This document shows, one piece after another, positions 9,444-18,970 of a DNA stretch of 45,612 nucleotides. A program made the translations under genes and the position numbers. Source of the stretch: Candidatus Aenigmatarchaeota archaeon (GTDB lineage Archaea > Aenigmatarchaeota > Aenigmatarchaeia > CG10238-14 > SCSR01); assembly GCA_038998625.1 (NCBI GenBank), contig JAWADS010000003.1:1-45612 (forward strand), given 5' to 3'. The notes under the pieces are model-generated. The model did not search any database and was not told the origin of the DNA. It was given only the letters and a program-made list of their open reading frames with translations. Position 1 is the stretch's first letter. Each line of letters starts with the position of its first letter.

Positions 9444-9764
9444 ATGGCCTTCAAAGATTTTCTAAAAAAATTTTTTGGAATAAAGTCAAAAAAATCAGAA
9501 AGCTTGTCATCTTTAGAAATTCCAACAAAAACACCTTCACCATTACCTTCCCCCATCTTAACACCTTCATCTCCTCCTTCACCATTACCTTCCCCCACTC
9601 CTTTGGCAATTAAAGAAAGTACAGGAATAGAAGGATTAAACGCTAAAATGGATTTAGTTTCAACACAATTAGATAATTTAAAAATTCAATACGATACTTT
9701 AAATCAAAAAATTGATTCCATAGAAAAAATGGTATCAGAGCTTTATAAAATGGCTAAGGGTTAA
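9444..9764 (+). CDS. Small protein: amphipathic N-helix, Pro/Ser linker, C-terminal coiled coil
   Basis: MAFKDFLKKFFG, then PSPLPSP repeats, then LNAKMDLVSTQLDNLKIQYDTLNQKIDSIEKMV heptads. Confidence 0.8.
   Translation: MAFKDFLKKFFGIKSKKSESLSSLEIPTKTPSPLPSPILTPSSPPSPLPSPTPLAIKESTGIEGLNAKMDLVSTQLDNLKIQYDTLNQKIDSIEKMVSELYKMAKG
9534..9597 (+). repeat. 22-bp intragenic direct repeat (2 copies)
   Basis: CCTTCACCATTACCTTCCCCCA at 9534-9555 and 9576-9597, encoding PSPLPSP. Confidence 0.9.
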
Positions 9765-10267
9765 GACTCCTCTTCTCTACAACGCTCGCAAATCCATTGC
9801 CCATTAACAAGCTTTATATGAGTTGACTCTTGCTCACATGCTTCACATATGTTTATATCTACCTTTTCCCTTTCCGAAACAATTTCTATCATTTCATGAT
9901 TTCTTGGTTTATTAAAAGGGAAATACCCTAAATTTAAAAAATCCAAGTTTAACATTCTACTAAACATTTTGGCTAATCTAAAATCTTTTTCAAATAGCCA
10001 CCAGAAAACTTCCTTTGCGTAACAATAAACACATAAAACAGTTGGATTTGATTGTTTGCATTTAACACAAAATGTATTGCCTTCTTCTGTTGTAAACATC
10101 TTCACCAATTTTTGATGGAGTTCATTAAATTCTGGAATTAAATCAGGCTCTGCTGAAAGAAGCCAAGCTGTAACACTTTCCTTAAGGCAATTTACACATA
10201 AAAAATTAGAAATTCTTTCTAAACACATTTTACAAATTATCAATTCTTGTTTCAACTTCTTCCCCAA
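9761..10267 (-). CDS. Cys-rich putative zinc-finger protein
   Basis: Six CxxC pairs (CKMC, CVNC, CVKC, CVYC, CEAC, CERC). Start is TTG and uncertain. Confidence 0.75.
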   Translation of the reverse strand: MGKKLKQELIICKMCLERISNFLCVNCLKESVTAWLLSAEPDLIPEFNELHQKLVKMFTTEEGNTFCVKCKQSNPTVLCVYCYAKEVFWWLFEKDFRLAKMFSRMLNLDFLNLGYFPFNKPRNHEMIEIVSEREKVDINICEACEQESTHIKLVNGQWICERCREEES

Positions 10268-10403
10268 TTCAATGTTTTTTTCAATTTATTGTTATATGGT
10301 AAAATAAAAAACTTCAAGGTAATTTAATAATTTTAACATATATATTATTTTCCCCTAAAAAGAAAAGTTTAAATATAAAAAAAACATCTTTTTTTTAGAT
10401 AAA

Positions 10404-10979
10404 ATGCCAAAAAGTTTAAAAATTTTCGACGATTCAAGCGAAATTTTAATTCATGAGCTCATAAAAGATGGGAGAATAAAATATACAACCTTAGCAAAAA
10501 AACTCAATGTAACTCCTGCGGCTGTAAAAGAGCGGGTTGAAAGGCTAATAGAGAAAAAGATTATTAAGATAAGCGCCTTATTGAATCCTCAAAAAATTTA
10601 TTCCCTTATTGCTTCTATTGGTATAGAAGCCGATGCTGAAGCTGTTTCAATTATAATAAGAAAAATAAGAAATTGCCCACTAGTTTATAATGTGATAAAA
10701 ACTTCTGGAAGTCATAATTTAATCATTGATATGGTGGCGCCAGATTTGAGCGTTATTGATCATTTTATTAATCAACAAATAAGGAGTGAGCCAGGAATAA
10801 AACACGTAGAAGTTAATATTGGCAACTCATTAGTAATTCCTGAATTTCTTCAATTGAGGTTATTCCATTCCAACGATCCGGATTATGCCCCGTGCGGATT
10901 AAGAAAAAATGATGAAACGTGTTGTCAATCATGCCCATTTTTTTCTAGAAAAGTTTCTAAAAAAGAAATAAGGTTATAA
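10404..10979 (+). CDS. Lrp/AsnC family transcriptional regulator with Cys-rich tail
   Basis: DGRIKYTTLAKKLNVTPAAVKERVERL HTH and a RAM-like domain (TSGSHNL). Tail CGLRKNDETCCQSCPF. Upstream AAAAGTTTAAATA BRE/TATA. Confidence 0.9.
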   Translation: MPKSLKIFDDSSEILIHELIKDGRIKYTTLAKKLNVTPAAVKERVERLIEKKIIKISALLNPQKIYSLIASIGIEADAEAVSIIIRKIRNCPLVYNVIKTSGSHNLIIDMVAPDLSVIDHFINQQIRSEPGIKHVEVNIGNSLVIPEFLQLRLFHSNDPDYAPCGLRKNDETCCQSCPFFSRKVSKKEIRL

Positions 10980-10981
10980 AA

Positions 10982-11485
10982 ATGGATAAGTTAGAACTAT
11001 TAAGACAATTACAACAAGAAATTAAGAAATTGCCCGAGAAGGATAGAAATAGATTTTTTGGTAAATTTTTTGTGAGCATAATTTCTGCTCTTACAAAAAG
11101 GCTAATTAAATATGAAGGTTATTCAGCTACTCATACAATACTTCAGAGAGAAATAAATGCCATTGGAAGAAGAGATGCAAAAGAAATTGTGAAGGTATTT
11201 GGGATAAATGATAAAACCCCAGAAAGTGTTTCAAAGGTTTTGAAGATAGCAGCATTACTTCTAGGATATGAGCTGGATGTTGAGAACGGGGAAACAATAG
11301 TAAAGGAGTGCCCTTTCGCAGTTATGGCTAGGGAAACGAAGGAGCCACGTATTGCTGAGATATGCTCTTGGTATTGTAATGGAATTGCAGAAGAAATTTT
11401 AGGCCCAAGTTACCTTTGGAAAGGGTATCATGACTATCAAAAAGACATTCCAAAATGTTATTTTAAGGCTGTTAAAAGAAAGTAA
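10982..11485 (+). CDS. V4R-like / methanogen-output-type small-ligand-binding protein
   Basis: IGRRDA helix, VKECPFA, ICSWYCNGIAE and a terminal KCYF pattern. Confidence 0.65.
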   Translation: MDKLELLRQLQQEIKKLPEKDRNRFFGKFFVSIISALTKRLIKYEGYSATHTILQREINAIGRRDAKEIVKVFGINDKTPESVSKVLKIAALLLGYELDVENGETIVKECPFAVMARETKEPRIAEICSWYCNGIAEEILGPSYLWKGYHDYQKDIPKCYFKAVKRK

Positions 11486-11535
11486 AAAGGAGGAAAGATT
11501 TAAATTGTTTAAATTTATACTTAATAAGGATTTAA

Positions 11536-12636
11536 ATGGTATTTGAATTATTAGATGCAGGACAACTAGAAGATTTTCTTAAAATTACTGATGAAAAGGT
11601 AATTGAATTTGCCGAGCGGCACAATCTTTATGAAAAAGAGGAAGCTTTAACATCAAAACTATATACATCAAATTTATATAAATATGCTAAAGAAAGATTT
11701 TTTAAAAGGGGGAAAAGATTCAGGCCCGCCGTTACATACGCTTCTTGTAAGGCAATCAGCGGTGAAATGGAAAAAGCAACACCTTTTGCTGTTTCAATAG
11801 AACTAATACATAACGGCTACCTTGATATTGACGATGTTTTTGACAAATCACCACAAAGAAGAGGTTCACCAGCAACTTGGACCATAGTAGGTCCTGAAAG
11901 AGCAATTTTATGTGGATTAATTAACTGTGATGTATTACCTCATATAATCTTAAATATAGGTGTAGAAGAGTATGGTTGGGACAGCGAACTTCTCCTTTAT
12001 TCGAATAAATTAATCGGCATCACTAAAAAACATACTGTAGCTGGTGAATACATGGATATAGAATTAAGAAGATCACCAGAACTGAATACTGATATCCAAC
12101 TTCAAATATATGCATTGAAGACAGGTTATTATACTGTTGGATGCCCTATGGCCGGAGGGGCTAGAATTGGCGGTGCTTCTAATGAAACTGCGGATAAACT
12201 ATTTGAAATAGGAAAGGATATTGGATGCGCTTTTCAGATTCGCGACGATTTATTGAATTTGGCAACATTAGATAGGGTAAAGGAAAAGGGTTTGGATTTG
12301 AAAACTGCTAAAACTAAATATGGTAAAGAACCGGGAGATGATCTAAATGAAGGTAAACCTACTTTACCTGTAGCAATATTTAATGAAAGAGCCACTGAGG
12401 AGGATAAGAAAGAATTTTATTCAAAATTTGGAAGAATGGATCCCAGGCTAACCTTTAATGAGTGCTATCGCTTAAAAAGGCTATTAGATAAATATGATGC
12501 ATTAAACGAATCTGAAAAAATAGCAGAAAACCTTCTAAATAATGGTATGAGGTCTGTTAGATCGATAATTCCACAAACAGATCTTAGTCGAGAACTTTAT
12601 AGTTTACTCTTATTTGCTTCGAAAAGAGAGTGGTAA
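11536..12636 (+). CDS. Polyprenyl diphosphate synthase (GGPP synthase-like)
   Basis: GKRFRP, DDVFDKSPQRRG, GEYMDI, LKTG, AFQIRDDLLN and GKEPGDDLNEGKPT motifs. Confidence 0.92.
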   Translation: MVFELLDAGQLEDFLKITDEKVIEFAERHNLYEKEEALTSKLYTSNLYKYAKERFFKRGKRFRPAVTYASCKAISGEMEKATPFAVSIELIHNGYLDIDDVFDKSPQRRGSPATWTIVGPERAILCGLINCDVLPHIILNIGVEEYGWDSELLLYSNKLIGITKKHTVAGEYMDIELRRSPELNTDIQLQIYALKTGYYTVGCPMAGGARIGGASNETADKLFEIGKDIGCAFQIRDDLLNLATLDRVKEKGLDLKTAKTKYGKEPGDDLNEGKPTLPVAIFNERATEEDKKEFYSKFGRMDPRLTFNECYRLKRLLDKYDALNESEKIAENLLNNGMRSVRSIIPQTDLSRELYSLLLFASKREW

Positions 12637-12667
12637 TCTTTTTATTATAGTAAAACAATTTTTTAAT

Positions 12668-13267
12668 ATGGTTTATTTCCAAACTCTAAAAGAAATTTTG
12701 ATTAATCCTGTTTCTGCATTAGCAAAAGCTAAAAGGGAAAGAAATCTTAATAAAACATTAATTGTCTTATTAGTCGATTGGGTTATTTTTGCTTTAGCAG
12801 CTTTAGTAGTCTCAAGACTTTTGTCCACTTTAGCTACAAGAGGCGCATCTTTTCTACTTGCTCCTATAGTTTTCTTTTTAGGCTTCTTAGGATCTTTATT
12901 TTTTGCTCTTCTCACACAAATCTTGTTTGATATCCTAGGTGGAAAAGGAAAATATTTTGAAGCTCTAACTCCTTTAGCTTATTCAAAATTTGCTTTATCT
13001 TTAGGCGTTTTTCTCGCAAGTTTATTTTCTATGTTGCCTTTCATAGGTTTGCTTTTATCACTCGTTGTCTTATCTCTTTTTGGAGCAATGGGAATTTCCA
13101 TCTTTTACAGAGGAATAAAAGAGATGTTTGGGATTGACATGATAACCACATGGGTTGGTATAGGTTTGCTGGTGTTAGTTCTTGTCTTTTCCTTTTATGC
13201 TAGTGTTATGCTCTTTGGTATTTCATCCGGATTTTTATCACAAAGACTAATGGGACTTCTTTATTAA
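12668..13267 (+). CDS. Yip1 family membrane protein
   Basis: ILINPVSAL N-terminus, about five TM segments, LGGKGKYFEAL motif. ATG 12668 preferred as start. Confidence 0.8.
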   Translation: MVYFQTLKEILINPVSALAKAKRERNLNKTLIVLLVDWVIFALAALVVSRLLSTLATRGASFLLAPIVFFLGFLGSLFFALLTQILFDILGGKGKYFEALTPLAYSKFALSLGVFLASLFSMLPFIGLLLSLVVLSLFGAMGISIFYRGIKEMFGIDMITTWVGIGLLVLVLVFSFYASVMLFGISSGFLSQRLMGLLY

Positions 13268-13314
13268 ATGTAGTTAAAATTAAGTCTATTCATGTAAATT
13301 CTAAATAGGTAAAA

Positions 13315-14469
13315 ATGATTATTGGTTTGGTTGGAAAGCCTGCATCTGGAAAATCTAGCTTTTTTAAAGCTGCAACAATGATTGATGTAAAAATTACTGG
13401 AATACCTTTTTGTACAATAGAGCCTAATATGGGAATTGGTTATGTGATAATTGATTGTGTGGAAAAAAAGTTAAATACAAAGTGCAATCCTAGGCGTGGG
13501 TTATGCAAAGATGGGAAAAGATTCGTTCCAATAAAACTTATTGATGTTGCTGGTTTAGTGCCTGGAGCTCATCAAGGAAGAGGTTTAGGAAATAAATTCT
13601 TAGATGATTTAAGACAAGCTTCTGTTTTGATTCATGTTGTTGATGCTTCCGGCCTAACAGATGAAGAAGGTAAGCCTACTGAAAATCATGATCCAAATGT
13701 TGATATAGAATTTTTAGAAAAGGAAATTGATTTGTGGTTCGCTGGTGTTATAAAAAAAGCATTATCTAAGTTCGAAAGGCTTCTAACTAAATCTACAAAA
13801 GCAGACTTAATAAAAATTTTATCTCAACAATTGAGCGGATTAGAAATAACAAAAGCTCATATAGAGAAAGCATTGGAAAAATCTTCCATATCGGACATAG
13901 AAAAATTTGCAAAAACAGTGAGAGAAATTTCTAAACCAATTGTTATCGCAGCAAATAAAATTGATATTAAAGTTGCGCAAGAAAATTTTGAAAAATTAAA
14001 GTCAAAATATAAAAACATCGTTCCAACAAGTGCTGAAGCTGAAATAACATTAAAAAAAGCAGCTGAAAAAAATTATATAAACTATTTACCAGGAAATGGA
14101 TTTGAAATTATAAGAGAGTTAGATGAGAAACAAAGGGCTGCCCTGGAATTTATAAAAAAATCTGTAGTAGATAAATACGGCTCTACTGGTGTGCAAAATT
14201 GTTTGAATAAAGCGGTTTTTGAAGTGTTAAATTACATAGCAGTATATCCTGTAGCTGATTCCAATAAATTAACTGATAGTGATGGAAATGTTTTGCCTGA
14301 TGTCTTCCTTGTTCCTAAAGGCACGACTTGTAGAGAGTTGGCATTCAAAATCCATACTACTATAGGAGAAAAATTTATTGCTGGTATAGATGCTAAAAGT
14401 AAAAAAAAGCTTTCTGCTGACTATGTGCTAAAGAATAATGATGTTATAGAAATTGTTTTTAGCAAATGA
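13315..14469 (+). CDS. ychF: YchF/Obg-like GTPase with TGS domain
   Basis: GLVGKPASGKSS, PFCTIEPN, DVAGLVPGAHQGRGLGNKFLDDLRQA, ANKID and a C-terminal TGS domain. Confidence 0.93.
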   Translation: MIIGLVGKPASGKSSFFKAATMIDVKITGIPFCTIEPNMGIGYVIIDCVEKKLNTKCNPRRGLCKDGKRFVPIKLIDVAGLVPGAHQGRGLGNKFLDDLRQASVLIHVVDASGLTDEEGKPTENHDPNVDIEFLEKEIDLWFAGVIKKALSKFERLLTKSTKADLIKILSQQLSGLEITKAHIEKALEKSSISDIEKFAKTVREISKPIVIAANKIDIKVAQENFEKLKSKYKNIVPTSAEAEITLKKAAEKNYINYLPGNGFEIIRELDEKQRAALEFIKKSVVDKYGSTGVQNCLNKAVFEVLNYIAVYPVADSNKLTDSDGNVLPDVFLVPKGTTCRELAFKIHTTIGEKFIAGIDAKSKKKLSADYVLKNNDVIEIVFSK

Positions 14470-14484
14470 GAACAAAATTTTTTT

Positions 14485-15141
14485 ATGCAAATCAAAGCAG
14501 TTATTTTTGATTTCGATCAAGTTTTAATTGACTCTTATAAAGATCATCTCGATGCTTTTCTCTTAGCTGCCAAAAAATTTAGAATAAAATTGAATAAAGA
14601 AGAAATTTACAAAGGTTTTGGAAAGTCTGCTAAAGAACTGGTAAAAAGTCAGCACCCTGAACTTCCAGAAAAATTTTTAGAAAAGTTTGTGATGGAGAAA
14701 GAAAAGATATATCGTGAAATTCTAAAGAAGAGGGGAGCTAAGTTAATGAAGGGAGCTAGGGAAATTTTAAAATTTTTGAAAAAAAGAAAAATAAAAATTG
14801 CTTTGTCCTCTTCTGCTTCCAGGAAAAATATAAATCTTAGTTTTAAAGTTTTAAAAATAAGAAAATATTTTGATGTGGTTGTTGCTTCTGAGGATGTAAA
14901 AAAGCATAAACCGAATCCAGAGCCTTTGTTGAAGGCTGCAAAAAGGCTCAGAGTAAATCCAAAAAATTGCATTTACTTAGGTGATTCGATTTATGAGATG
15001 ATGGCTGCAAAAAGAGCTAAGATGGCAGCTATAGGAATTTTATCCGGGATTTATACAATAAAAGATTTGCAAAAATATAAACCTTTAAAAATTGTAAAAA
15101 ATCTTTTAGAGGCAAAAAACTTTCTTGAAAAAATTCTTTGA
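14485..15141 (+). CDS. HAD superfamily phosphatase
   Basis: IFDFDQVLIDS, KPNPEP and YLGDSIYE motifs. Confidence 0.92.
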   Translation: MQIKAVIFDFDQVLIDSYKDHLDAFLLAAKKFRIKLNKEEIYKGFGKSAKELVKSQHPELPEKFLEKFVMEKEKIYREILKKRGAKLMKGAREILKFLKKRKIKIALSSSASRKNINLSFKVLKIRKYFDVVVASEDVKKHKPNPEPLLKAAKRLRVNPKNCIYLGDSIYEMMAAKRAKMAAIGILSGIYTIKDLQKYKPLKIVKNLLEAKNFLEKIL

Positions 15142-15225
15142 TATTAATTATATTTTCAAAAATATATGTTAAAAAATATAACAGAAAAAGCAATTAAATA
15201 TTCAATTTTATAAAAAATAACAAGT

Positions 15226-16563
15226 ATGTATTCAGTTGAAATCTTATCACTACTTGAAAGTAAGGGTATATCCATAGGTAATAGGGTTAGGATTATCAAA
15301 AAAAGAGCTGTATATGAAGGAATTCTAATGCCGAAAACTGAGGCGGGGGATCCTAATACTTTTGTTCTAAAATTGGATAATGGTTACAACATTGGTATAA
15401 GATATGAAAGAGGCATACAGATAAAAAAGCTGCCAGAAAAAAGGGAGTTAGAAAAGTTTCCAATAAGAGTCTTTAAGTTAAGGCCAGAGCTGCCAAGGGT
15501 TAGCTTGTTAGCAACAGGCGGGACCATAGCTTCTCGGCTAGATTATGTAACAGGTGGGGTAAAAATGGCTTTTACACCTCAAGAAATTCTTTTTTCTGTA
15601 CCTGAGCTGGCGGACATAATTAACTTAGAAGATGTAAAGCTTCTCTCGGCCTTAGCTTCTGAAGACCTTTGGTATAAGAATTGGCAAAATATGGCAGAAG
15701 AAGCAGCAAAAGCCATAAACAAAGGGGCTAGGGGGGTAATTATAACCCATGGCACAGATACTATGCATTTTTCGTCAGCTGCATTGAGTTTTATGTTAAA
15801 AAATCTTACTAAGCCCGTAGTTTTTACTGGTGCACAAAGAAGTAGCGATAGAGGCAGTTCAGATGCAGCTATGAATTTGATTTGCTCTGCATATGTTGCA
15901 GGCCATACTGATATAGCTGAAGTAGGAATTTGCATGCATGCAGAAACTAGTGACACCTTCAATTTTTTCCTTCGTGGCACAAAGGCCAGAAAAATGCATT
16001 CAACAAGAAGAGATGCTTTTAGGCCGATAAATGATTTACCCATAGCAAAAGTTTGGCCTAATGGAAAGATAGAGATTGTGAATGAAAATTATAAAAAAAT
16101 ATCTCAAGGAAAAGTAGAGGCAGATACAAAATTCGAACCAAAAATAACTTTGATAAAAGCATATCCCGGCTCTATGCCAGAGATAATAGATTTTTATGTA
16201 GACAAAGGATTTAAGGGTATAGTTATTGAAGGCACAGGCATGGGTCATGTTCCCACTAGCACAGAAGAAAAGGAAAGGAGTTGGATACCCCATATAAAAT
16301 CAGCAATAGAAAAAGGTGTAGCTGTTGTTATTACTACACAAACAATTTATGGTAGAGTGCATCCCTATGTTTATCGCAACTTGAGAATTCTAAACGAAAC
16401 TGGAGTTATATGGGGAGAAGACATGCTACCTGAAGTTGCTTATGTTAAGCTAGGCTGGGTTTTGGGCCATGAAAAAAATATGGAGAAAATTAGAGAGGTT
16501 ATGAAGAAAAATTTAGCTGGCGAAATCACCGAACAAACCCATCCTTTAGCTTTCTTATTGTGA
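15226..16563 (+). CDS. gatD: Glu-tRNA(Gln) amidotransferase subunit D
   Basis: KLDNGYNIG N-domain and asparaginase motifs TGGTIASRLDY, HGTDTM and GAQRSSDRGSSD. Confidence 0.98.
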   Translation: MYSVEILSLLESKGISIGNRVRIIKKRAVYEGILMPKTEAGDPNTFVLKLDNGYNIGIRYERGIQIKKLPEKRELEKFPIRVFKLRPELPRVSLLATGGTIASRLDYVTGGVKMAFTPQEILFSVPELADIINLEDVKLLSALASEDLWYKNWQNMAEEAAKAINKGARGVIITHGTDTMHFSSAALSFMLKNLTKPVVFTGAQRSSDRGSSDAAMNLICSAYVAGHTDIAEVGICMHAETSDTFNFFLRGTKARKMHSTRRDAFRPINDLPIAKVWPNGKIEIVNENYKKISQGKVEADTKFEPKITLIKAYPGSMPEIIDFYVDKGFKGIVIEGTGMGHVPTSTEEKERSWIPHIKSAIEKGVAVVITTQTIYGRVHPYVYRNLRILNETGVIWGEDMLPEVAYVKLGWVLGHEKNMEKIREVMKKNLAGEITEQTHPLAFLL

Positions 16564-16567
16564 TAAT

Positions 16568-18433
16568 ATGGAAAAAAAGTTAAATTATAAAAAACTTGGA
16601 TTGAAAGTTGGTTTAGAAATTCATCAACAGCTGGATACAAAACATAAACTATTTTGTTTTTCCCATTCAACATTACAAGAAAAAAATTTAATAGATAAAA
16701 TCATAAGAAAGCAACATCCTGTAGCTAGTGAGTTGGGAGAAATCGATATAGCTGCGCAATACGAATATCTAAGAAACAGAACCTTCTTTTATCAAATAGT
16801 TCCTAATGAAGTTTGTTTGATAGAAACAGATGAAGAACCACCAAGGGAAATGAATCCCGAAGCTTTGAGAATTGCTTTAGAAATAGCTTTACTTTTAAAC
16901 TGTGATATACCTGATGAAATCCATGTAATGAGAAAAACTGTGATTGATGGTAGTAACACAACATCTTTTCAAAGAACAGCAATTGTTGGGATGAATGGTT
17001 TTATTAAATACAAAGGTAAAAAAATTGGGATAAAAAATGTTGTCTTGGAAGAAGATGCAGCAGCGATAGTTGTTGAAGAAGATGGTAATGTTACCTATAG
17101 GTTGAATAGATTAGGAGTTCCTTTGGTAGAAGTGGCAACAGAAATTTTAGAAGGGTTTTCTCCTAATGAAATAGAAGAGATTGCTCTTCAAATAGGAATG
17201 ATTTTTAGATCTACTGGAAAAGTAAAAAGAGGCTTGGGAACAATAAGGCAAGATGTAAATATTTCTATAAAAGGCGGCGCAAGGGCAGAAATCAAAGGAG
17301 TACAAGAATTGGATTTATTGTCAAAAATTATAGAGAATGAAGTCTTGAGGCAATTTAACTTAATGGAAATACAAAAAGAATTAAGGAAAAGAAAAGTTAC
17401 AAAAATTCCTGGCAGTGGAATAGATGTCACTCATATCCTCAAAGGTACAAAGAATTCTACGCTTCGAAACATTATAGAAAACAACGGAACCATTTACGCT
17501 TTACTATTGCCAAAATCCGCTGGACTATTGAAAAGAGAAATAATGCCAGGAAAAACTTTAGGAAGGGAATTAGCAGAAATAGCCCAAGCCTATGGAGTTA
17601 AAGGAATATTTCATTCTGATGAAGATTTAGTTAAAAATCTTTTATTTGAAGATTTCAAAAAAGTTAGAGAATTTTTAAACGCCAGCTTGCAAGATGCTAT
17701 TATTCTTATAGGAGAGATTAAAGAAAAAGGAAAGGTCTCCCAAAAGATTTTGGAAAGATATAGTCAATTATTAAAAGGAATACAAACAGAAGTTAGGGCA
17801 GCATTGGAAGATGGCACAACAAAATATACACGTCCATTGCCCGGAGCAGCAAGAATGTATCCCGAGACAGATGTCGTGCCCATAGTAGTTACAAGGGAAT
17901 ATCTAAATTCCATAAGAAATCAATTACCTGAGCCATGGTCTGAAAAAATTAAAAAATTTAAGAAGTATAAACTTGCAGAACAGTTAGCAAGACAAGTTTT
18001 AGAATCAGAATATTTTGATTTATTTGAAAAAATAATGGCAAAAACAAGGGTAGAGGCAAGTATAGTAGCTAATACTTTAACCTCCACAATAAAAGATTTG
18101 CAAAGGAGAGAAGGGGTAAAAATAGAAAATCTAACTGAAAAACATTATTTAGAAATTTTTGAGTTTTTAGCTAAAAAGAGGATTATTAAGGAAGCTATAC
18201 CAGAAATTATAAAATACTTATCTCAAAACCCCAATGCCAATGTAAATATTGCTATAAAAGAATTAAATCTTAAGCCGATATCAAAAAAAGATTTGATAAA
18301 AATAATTAAAGAAATAACCTCCATACCAAAAATAAACTTTGATAAAGCTGTAGGCTTAGTTATGAGTAAAGTTAGGGGCAGGGCTGATGCTCAAGATGTC
18401 ATGAAACTTGTAAAGAGATTTTTAAGAAAATAA
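16568..18433 (+). CDS. gatE: Glu-tRNA(Gln) amidotransferase subunit E
   Basis: GLEIHQQLDT, MRKTVIDGSNT, GTIRQDVNISI and RPLPGAARMYPETD motifs; adjacent to gatD. Confidence 0.98.
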   Translation: MEKKLNYKKLGLKVGLEIHQQLDTKHKLFCFSHSTLQEKNLIDKIIRKQHPVASELGEIDIAAQYEYLRNRTFFYQIVPNEVCLIETDEEPPREMNPEALRIALEIALLLNCDIPDEIHVMRKTVIDGSNTTSFQRTAIVGMNGFIKYKGKKIGIKNVVLEEDAAAIVVEEDGNVTYRLNRLGVPLVEVATEILEGFSPNEIEEIALQIGMIFRSTGKVKRGLGTIRQDVNISIKGGARAEIKGVQELDLLSKIIENEVLRQFNLMEIQKELRKRKVTKIPGSGIDVTHILKGTKNSTLRNIIENNGTIYALLLPKSAGLLKREIMPGKTLGRELAEIAQAYGVKGIFHSDEDLVKNLLFEDFKKVREFLNASLQDAIILIGEIKEKGKVSQKILERYSQLLKGIQTEVRAALEDGTTKYTRPLPGAARMYPETDVVPIVVTREYLNSIRNQLPEPWSEKIKKFKKYKLAEQLARQVLESEYFDLFEKIMAKTRVEASIVANTLTSTIKDLQRREGVKIENLTEKHYLEIFEFLAKKRIIKEAIPEIIKYLSQNPNANVNIAIKELNLKPISKKDLIKIIKEITSIPKINFDKAVGLVMSKVRGRADAQDVMKLVKRFLRK

Positions 18434-18450
18434 TTTTTTTAGATTAATTG

Positions 18451-18876
18451 CTATACCTTTAACTTTCTCCTTTCCTTTATAATTATGCCTTTAGCCTTTT
18501 CCACATCTTTTGGAAATTCTCTTCCGCGCATAATGAAGTTTTTCTCAATTTTTTTTGCTTCGAATTCTTTAACTAAATATTTCTCTGCAGCTTCTATGGA
18601 AAATTCTTTGCATGAAAAAATATCAATCGATGCAAATCTTTGTTCAATAAAAGTATGAATGCTTATGTGGCTTTCTGCTATGATGACAAAAGCAGATATA
18701 CCACCTTTATCAAAAGAATTTTCTTTACCTGGATAAACCAAAATTTGAGGTTTAGAAATTTTATGCATCCCAATTAATTCTGGTAGTTCGTCTAGAATTT
18801 TAAATATAAAATTCTTATTCGAAAGTTTCTCTTTGTTGCATTGATATAAGTCAAGGGTGAGATGAGGTCCGAACAT
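18451..18876 (-). CDS. speD: Pyruvoyl-dependent S-adenosylmethionine decarboxylase proenzyme
   Basis: GPHLTLDL, IAESHISIHTF self-cleavage motif and IDIFSC. An arginine decarboxylase paralogue cannot be excluded. Confidence 0.88.
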   Translation of the reverse strand: MFGPHLTLDLYQCNKEKLSNKNFIFKILDELPELIGMHKISKPQILVYPGKENSFDKGGISAFVIIAESHISIHTFIEQRFASIDIFSCKEFSIEAAEKYLVKEFEAKKIEKNFIMRGREFPKDVEKAKGIIIKERRKLKV

Positions 18877-18970
18877 TGGTCTGGTCAGGCTGCCTCCATT
18901 CCAGTTATAATTTTAAATATTCGAAATAAATTTATAAAATTTTCTATTTTTTGGCACATGCTTTTTAAAT

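Noticed and set aside
18877-18899. Antizyme-like +1 frameshift at GCC-TGA into speD
   Set aside because: The speD ATG is in the -1/+2 frame relative to the uORF, so a +1 shift would not fuse them.
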